Translations under genes and position numbers: made by a program
The notes under the pieces: generated by a model
Told to the model about the DNA's origin: nothing
Seen by the model: the letters and a program-made list of their open reading frames with translations, nothing else
Database searches by the model: none
Shown: positions 59,331-64,000 of the stretch, piece after piece
How positions within the stretch are numbered: the stretch's first letter is position 1
How the letters are laid out: each line of letters begins with the position of its first letter
Assembly: GCA_013265495.1 (NCBI GenBank)
Contig: MU057552.1
Span: forward strand, 93,655-157,654
Direction: 5' to 3'
Length of the DNA stretch: 64,000 nt
From: Vicugna vicugna
Taxonomy: Eukaryota

Positions 59331-60169
59331 AGGAATTATATCTATATGTAGAAGAATTTTTCTTATTTTATTTTTTATTCATTTTCAGAGTTGGAGTCTT
59401 TTGATTGTATATGACAAAATCAATCTCCAATGTATTTAAACAACAACCAAAAAATGGGGATGGATGGTATTTATTGGTTCCTGTAAATGAAAACCTCAGG
59501 TCTGAGGTCTGGCTTCAGTCAAGGAGAGATACTGTAGCCCATATGATGTCAAGGGCTGGTTTTGTCCTGTCTTCATTCTGTGTCCAAGGGTGTCTCAGCA
59601 TGCTGCTTCTAGGCACACAGCATCCCAGATCACACATCCATCCAAGCCAAGAGAGGTCTCTTTTGGCAGCTTCCTGTCTTGATAGAGGAAGCTCATCATT
59701 CACATGGGCACCAGCACGTATCTCCTGACAACAGTGGCTCTTAATGAGTTATTTGCCAATTCTCAAATCATGTGCGAGGCCAATGAGGGGTATTATTTGT
59801 CTTAAACCAACTAAGATCTACCTCTGGTGCTTCAGAAAGAGTGGGTCAATCAAGCTTAAATCACAGGACTAAATATAGAAGGGAGGTTATTTATCCTAAA
59901 GCAAAATCTGGGTCCTCTTCTAAGACTGGGGACAGATCCAGGACAGCAGTTCTGTCCACTACTGAGTACTTTCAAATTTTCTTTAATGAGCAAATATTAA
60001 AATTATGATCAGAATAGATGATATGTAAGAAGAAACTTGAGGAAGGAGAATGGAAAGCTTTCCTGTTTCTTAAGAAATACTGAACCCATTAAGTGCTTGG
60101 AAGGATAATGGAAATGTGTCCAGTTTGTAAATGTTCTGAAATGAATCAGAATTGATTTCACACACCATG

Positions 60170-60940
60170 TAGGAGGCAGTGCTCTACAGTTAGTGTGTCT
60201 TTGGGCTCTTTGGGTATTTCAGTTCTTTCACTTAATAGTTGCTTCATTTGGGGCAAATTGCATCATCTCCCAGTGGCTCTATTTCCTCATATGTAAAAGA
60301 GATATAACGTTACCTTCCCCACAGGGCGATTGTGAGGATTTAGAAAAATAGATGTGTGCTGAAGCAATAGTAAGCATTTAAAGAATTTTAACTATTATGA
60401 TTATTAATACATAATTAAAAAATTTATTATGCAGACTTTTTAAAAATGCGTAGTATTTAAATGGCCTATATGTGGTGTACAAGAGAGGAAGGCTTAATGT
60501 AAATTCTACAATACATTTTTCTCAGCCTTAACTAATTTTCACATTTAATCACACACACACACCAAAAAGTTATTCCTTTCACAAGGATGAAGTCTTAACT
60601 GTGAAGAAAAGGATAATGAAAGAGAGTAGAGGAGGAAATAAAATGCTTTCTCTACAAACTCATGGCTTAACAACTAAGAAAAACACCTTTTTAAGACTTT
60701 GGTCACCATATTCATAGCTAATACTTAGGCAGAGTTTTTCACATGCCTGTGGTTAATGTTCTAATTGTTTTCACAATTCGTACATCACTGACTCATCACA
60801 ATAATCTTATAAATTGCTATTATTATCCCCCCATTATATGGGTGAGGATATTGAAGCCCCTAGAGGTTAAGAAATTTGCACAAGGCCCCACAGCTAGCAT
60901 TGGAGTTGGGATCCAGATGCAGGAGTGTGGCTCCAGGAGG
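60170..60940. mobile_element. Two MIRs (60170-60405 plus, 60720-60940 minus)
   Basis: TTTCCTCATATGTAAAA...CAGGGCGATTGTGAGGATT; GAGGTTAAGAAATTTGCACAAGGCCCCACAGCTAG. Confidence 0.75.
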
Positions 60941-62009
60941 GGTTGTAAACACTCCCTCTGCTCTCCCCTGCAGGTGCAAGCCAGCCTCCCGCTGTTACTG
61001 TAAATAACATGATGTGGTTCACTGTCTTGAAATTCACATTCTTTGTAGCTTTCTCTCTGGGGAAGCCATCAGAAACAGCCAGGGACACTGAGTACATGCT
61101 TCTGGACTATGACCAAGAAGGTAGATGGAAGGAAAACAGTTTAAAAATGGGATCTTTAATGTGCATTCTTCAGTGGTCAGAAAAATCCTGCCTAGTGAGG
61201 AGCTGAAGCCCTATCAGCCACGTGCAGATTATGCTTCAGACACCCCCGTTGCCCTTGGGTCCACACAGTCAGAACTACAGTGGATCAGGGAAATGAATCT
61301 TGTGCAAATGCAGGGAGTATGAATACCTGCCATTTTAAGATCTCAAGGAGTATGAAAAGCATGTGAAGCTTTCATCAGCAGAGACCTGCTGTCACTTCCA
61401 GTATTTCCCTCATGGCATGTCCGCAGATTCACTGGTCCTTTTCAGAATGAAGACGACAGCTAGCACCTGCTGACCCCTGAATCAGTGATAGCTTCTCCCT
61501 TGAAAGGAAGCATATCCCCTTCATGGGTTACAACTAGTTCATAACGTAAGTAATTCTATAGATGTAGAAGGGATATTTTCATTGGTTCTGCTATCACAGA
61601 ATTGTCTCAAAAAGAACATGCCACCAGTTACTCCATTGTCACCCATTTAAAGATATACTTAACAGGCTTCCTTTTTTAGTGCAGTTTTAGGTTTACAGAA
61701 AAATTCACAGAAAGTGGAGTTCCAATATACACCCTATGCCCTGCACACAGCTGCTCCTGCTGTCAGCATGTTACATTAGTGGATGCACTCATTCTTTTAG
61801 GCATCCTTCATTCCTCCTCCCCTAAAGTTTAACATGCCTGATATTCACATCTCTTGCGGCATTTATGTGCGATTTACATCACTTCTCATGTTTACATGAG
61901 GTTTACAGCACATGCATGTTGTCTGTTCAAGCGTGGGTTGGGGGCAAGTTTTCTGTGTAAAAATACGATCATTAGTGAGTCTCATTCTGCTGGGTTTTTG
62001 GGTTGTCAG

Positions 62010-62234
62010 GTCCAGATGACCATTGCTTCAGTTATTGGGATCATGGTCTACGGACTCTCAGTGTTGATTGTAATTTCTGCAAAACTTCCCAAGCCTGAAT
62101 GGAAGAGACCCAATCCAGTAGTACCTTACTGTGCAGATTGGCCATGCCCATCACTGCTTCCCTCATCAGTTTTATCATCCTCATGACCCTGAAAGCCATA
62201 TATGAGAAAGTGGCAATCACAATGACTGACTCTG
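62010..62234 (+). pseudogene. ANO6: ANO6 pseudogene, exon 13
   Basis: IASVIGIMVYGLSVLIVISAKLPK..NGRDPIQ*YLT..ITASLISFIILMTLKAIYEKVAITMTD versus ANO6 IASVIGIIVYRLSVFIVFSAKLPKNINGTDPIQKYLT...ITASIISFIIIMILNTIYEKVAIMITN. Frameshifts and a stop. Confidence 0.93.
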
Positions 62235-63290
62235 GTAAGCTCCTCCTGCAGCTGAAGTCATTTCTACGCCACTTTTAGAACCAGGTCAAAACAGAGACTG
62301 TATCTTTTAGGCACTTCAATTCCAGTATATTACAGTCTTTAGAAAACTTCAAGTGTATACCTATTTCTCTAGCCTATATGAGAAGTTAACTAGCTCCAGC
62401 TTTGCATTAGTAAAAAGAACAAAGGAAGCATTAGAATGTCCAAGCTGTGTGTAAACAGGTCAGTGTTGAATAATAAATTCAATTACATTACATCACGTTC
62501 CCTATTGTTGAAAATAAATAGTCTCTTTATTGCAAATAAGTGGAAGAGGGTCGTGGTTCCAGTGGCAGATTTGCTTGTGTGTTACGGAGAGGACAAGTAA
62601 TCACAGTGTTATGTGTCTTCCCCCAATGCTGTTCCTGTTAGTGTAGTTCCATTCTCATTATCTATAGCTTCTATAATAAATGTTTCTTCTCTCTGGCTTG
62701 TATCCCAGCCAGCAGCTTAGTGGCCCAAGTGCTTCCCACACGTGGCACGTGGCTGGGTCGTTCTCCCAGTGGTTTGCTCAGTAGTCATCTTCTGAGAACA
62801 CTAAGACCATTTCAAATTCTGAACTAGGAGGATGACCCGTTTTATGTTACCCAATTTCTTCTAGCAAGTTGCCCCGTGTTTTGTTTGTTTTCTTTGATAG
62901 TCCTACTTTCCTGCCCTTCAGGGAGAAAAGAGAATATCATTTAGCAGGATATTCAAACTAGTTTTCTGTCAGCTTACACCTGACAGGGGACATTTCTTGC
63001 CATTGGATACTGTTGTGCTTATAAATTTTAAGGAACTGCTGACTTTTTTTTTTTTTTTGCCTTGTGGGATATTGCATTCACAGTGGGAGAAACTCTTAAA
63101 ACAGAGTGTACACTTGGAATTAACATAGTAACTATGTTAAGGAATTCACAACAGCTTAAATGAAAACAATGTGAACTGTGTATATATATATACATATTTA
63201 CCATGTTAACTCATGTGTCTGTGCCTTTGATTAGGGTCTCAAAGCCGTTCACAGTTTTACAGACTTACCTTTTCTTTATTCTAGCTGCAG

Positions 63291-63459
63291 AGCTCCCAAG
63301 GACCAGACTGACTGTGAGAACAACCCAGCCATGAAGGTGTTCTTGTTCCAGTTTATCAACTACTACTCTTCGTGTTTCTAAATCGCATTCTTTAAGGGCA
63401 GATTTGTGACTTATCCGGGAGATCCGGTGTATTGGCTGTGAAAATACAGAAATGAAGAG
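63291..63459 (+). pseudogene. ANO6: ANO6 pseudogene, exon 14 (copy 1)
   Basis: ELPRT..[41 protein letters not shown]. Stops at 63379 and 63439, 1-bp deletion. Confidence 0.95.
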
Positions 63460-63637
63460 GTGTGAATACAGCTTTGTGTTCTGACAGTCTAACCTGTTTC
63501 ATGTTTTCTCTTAGTTGCCCAATGAAGAGTGTCTTTACTGTCTGTTCCTTAGATTTTATTTAGGCATAAAATAATGACTTTATTTCATGTTAGAGCTATC
63601 TAAAATTTAAATGAGAGTTTTCTTTCTAATATTCCAG

Positions 63638-63710
63638 TCTGACCCAGGTGGCTGTCTCCTTGAACTGATGACACAGCTGACAATAATCATGGGAGGACAG
63701 TCCATCTGAA
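63638..63710 (+). pseudogene. ANO6: ANO6 pseudogene, exon 15 (5' part, cut by the duplication junction)
   Basis: [23 protein letters not shown] versus [24 protein letters not shown]. Confidence 0.93.
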
Positions 63711-63908
63711 CTCTTAAAACAGAGTGTACACTTGGAATTAACATAGTAACTATGTTAAGGAATTCACAACAGCTTAAATGAAAACAATGTGAACTGTGTA
63801 TATATATATACATATTTACCATGTTAACTCATGTGTCTGTGCCTTTGATTAGGGTCTCAAAGCCGTTCACAGTTTTACAGACTTACCTTTTCTTTATTCT
63901 AGCTGCAG

Positions 63909-64000
63909 AGCTCCCAAGGACCAGACTGACTATGAGAACAGCCAAACCATGAAGGTGTTCTTGTTCCAGTTTGTCAATGACTACTCTTCATGTTCCTACA
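63909..64000 (+). pseudogene. ANO6: ANO6 pseudogene, exon 14 (copy 2, partial)
   Basis: ELPRT..[26 protein letters not shown]. Confidence 0.93.

Larger units (their letters stand above)
63091..64000. repeat. 618-bp tandem duplication (second copy from 63709 to the window end)
   Basis: AACTCTTAAAACAGAGTGTACACTTGG starts at 63091 and 63709. Confidence 0.97.

Overview
Mammalian genomic DNA, most likely a camelid (alpaca/llama/camel). The basis is tRNA-derived SINEs of the Vic type (GGGAGGGTATAGCTCAGTGG...GGTCCTGGGTTCAA) and the L1 3' ends; the species call is inference. No intact protein-coding gene was found. The window is a patchwork of unrelated, intron-retaining duplicated gene fragments separated by repeats. 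From left to right: about 2.2 monomers of a ~240-bp satellite; a POFUT2 pseudogene (CpG promoter, exons 1-2); a compact 5-exon minus-strand gene derived from the 5' exons of RALGDS-like genes (two stops, no GEF domain, new Pro-rich/hydrophobic tail) lying between two diverged copies of a ~1-kb block; a fold-back LTR; an orphan CpG island with a partly inverted ~157-bp minisatellite; a full-length but decayed L1; and a large ANO6 pseudogene (exons 4-8 and 12-15, exons 9-11 missing, exon 14 duplicated). Gene names come from recalled protein sequences, not a database search. Almost all ORFs in the supplied track are spurious or L1 fragments. There is no prokaryotic system or CRISPR array. The best candidate for a poorly described biological entity is the truncated RALGDS-derived gene at 23108-24662.
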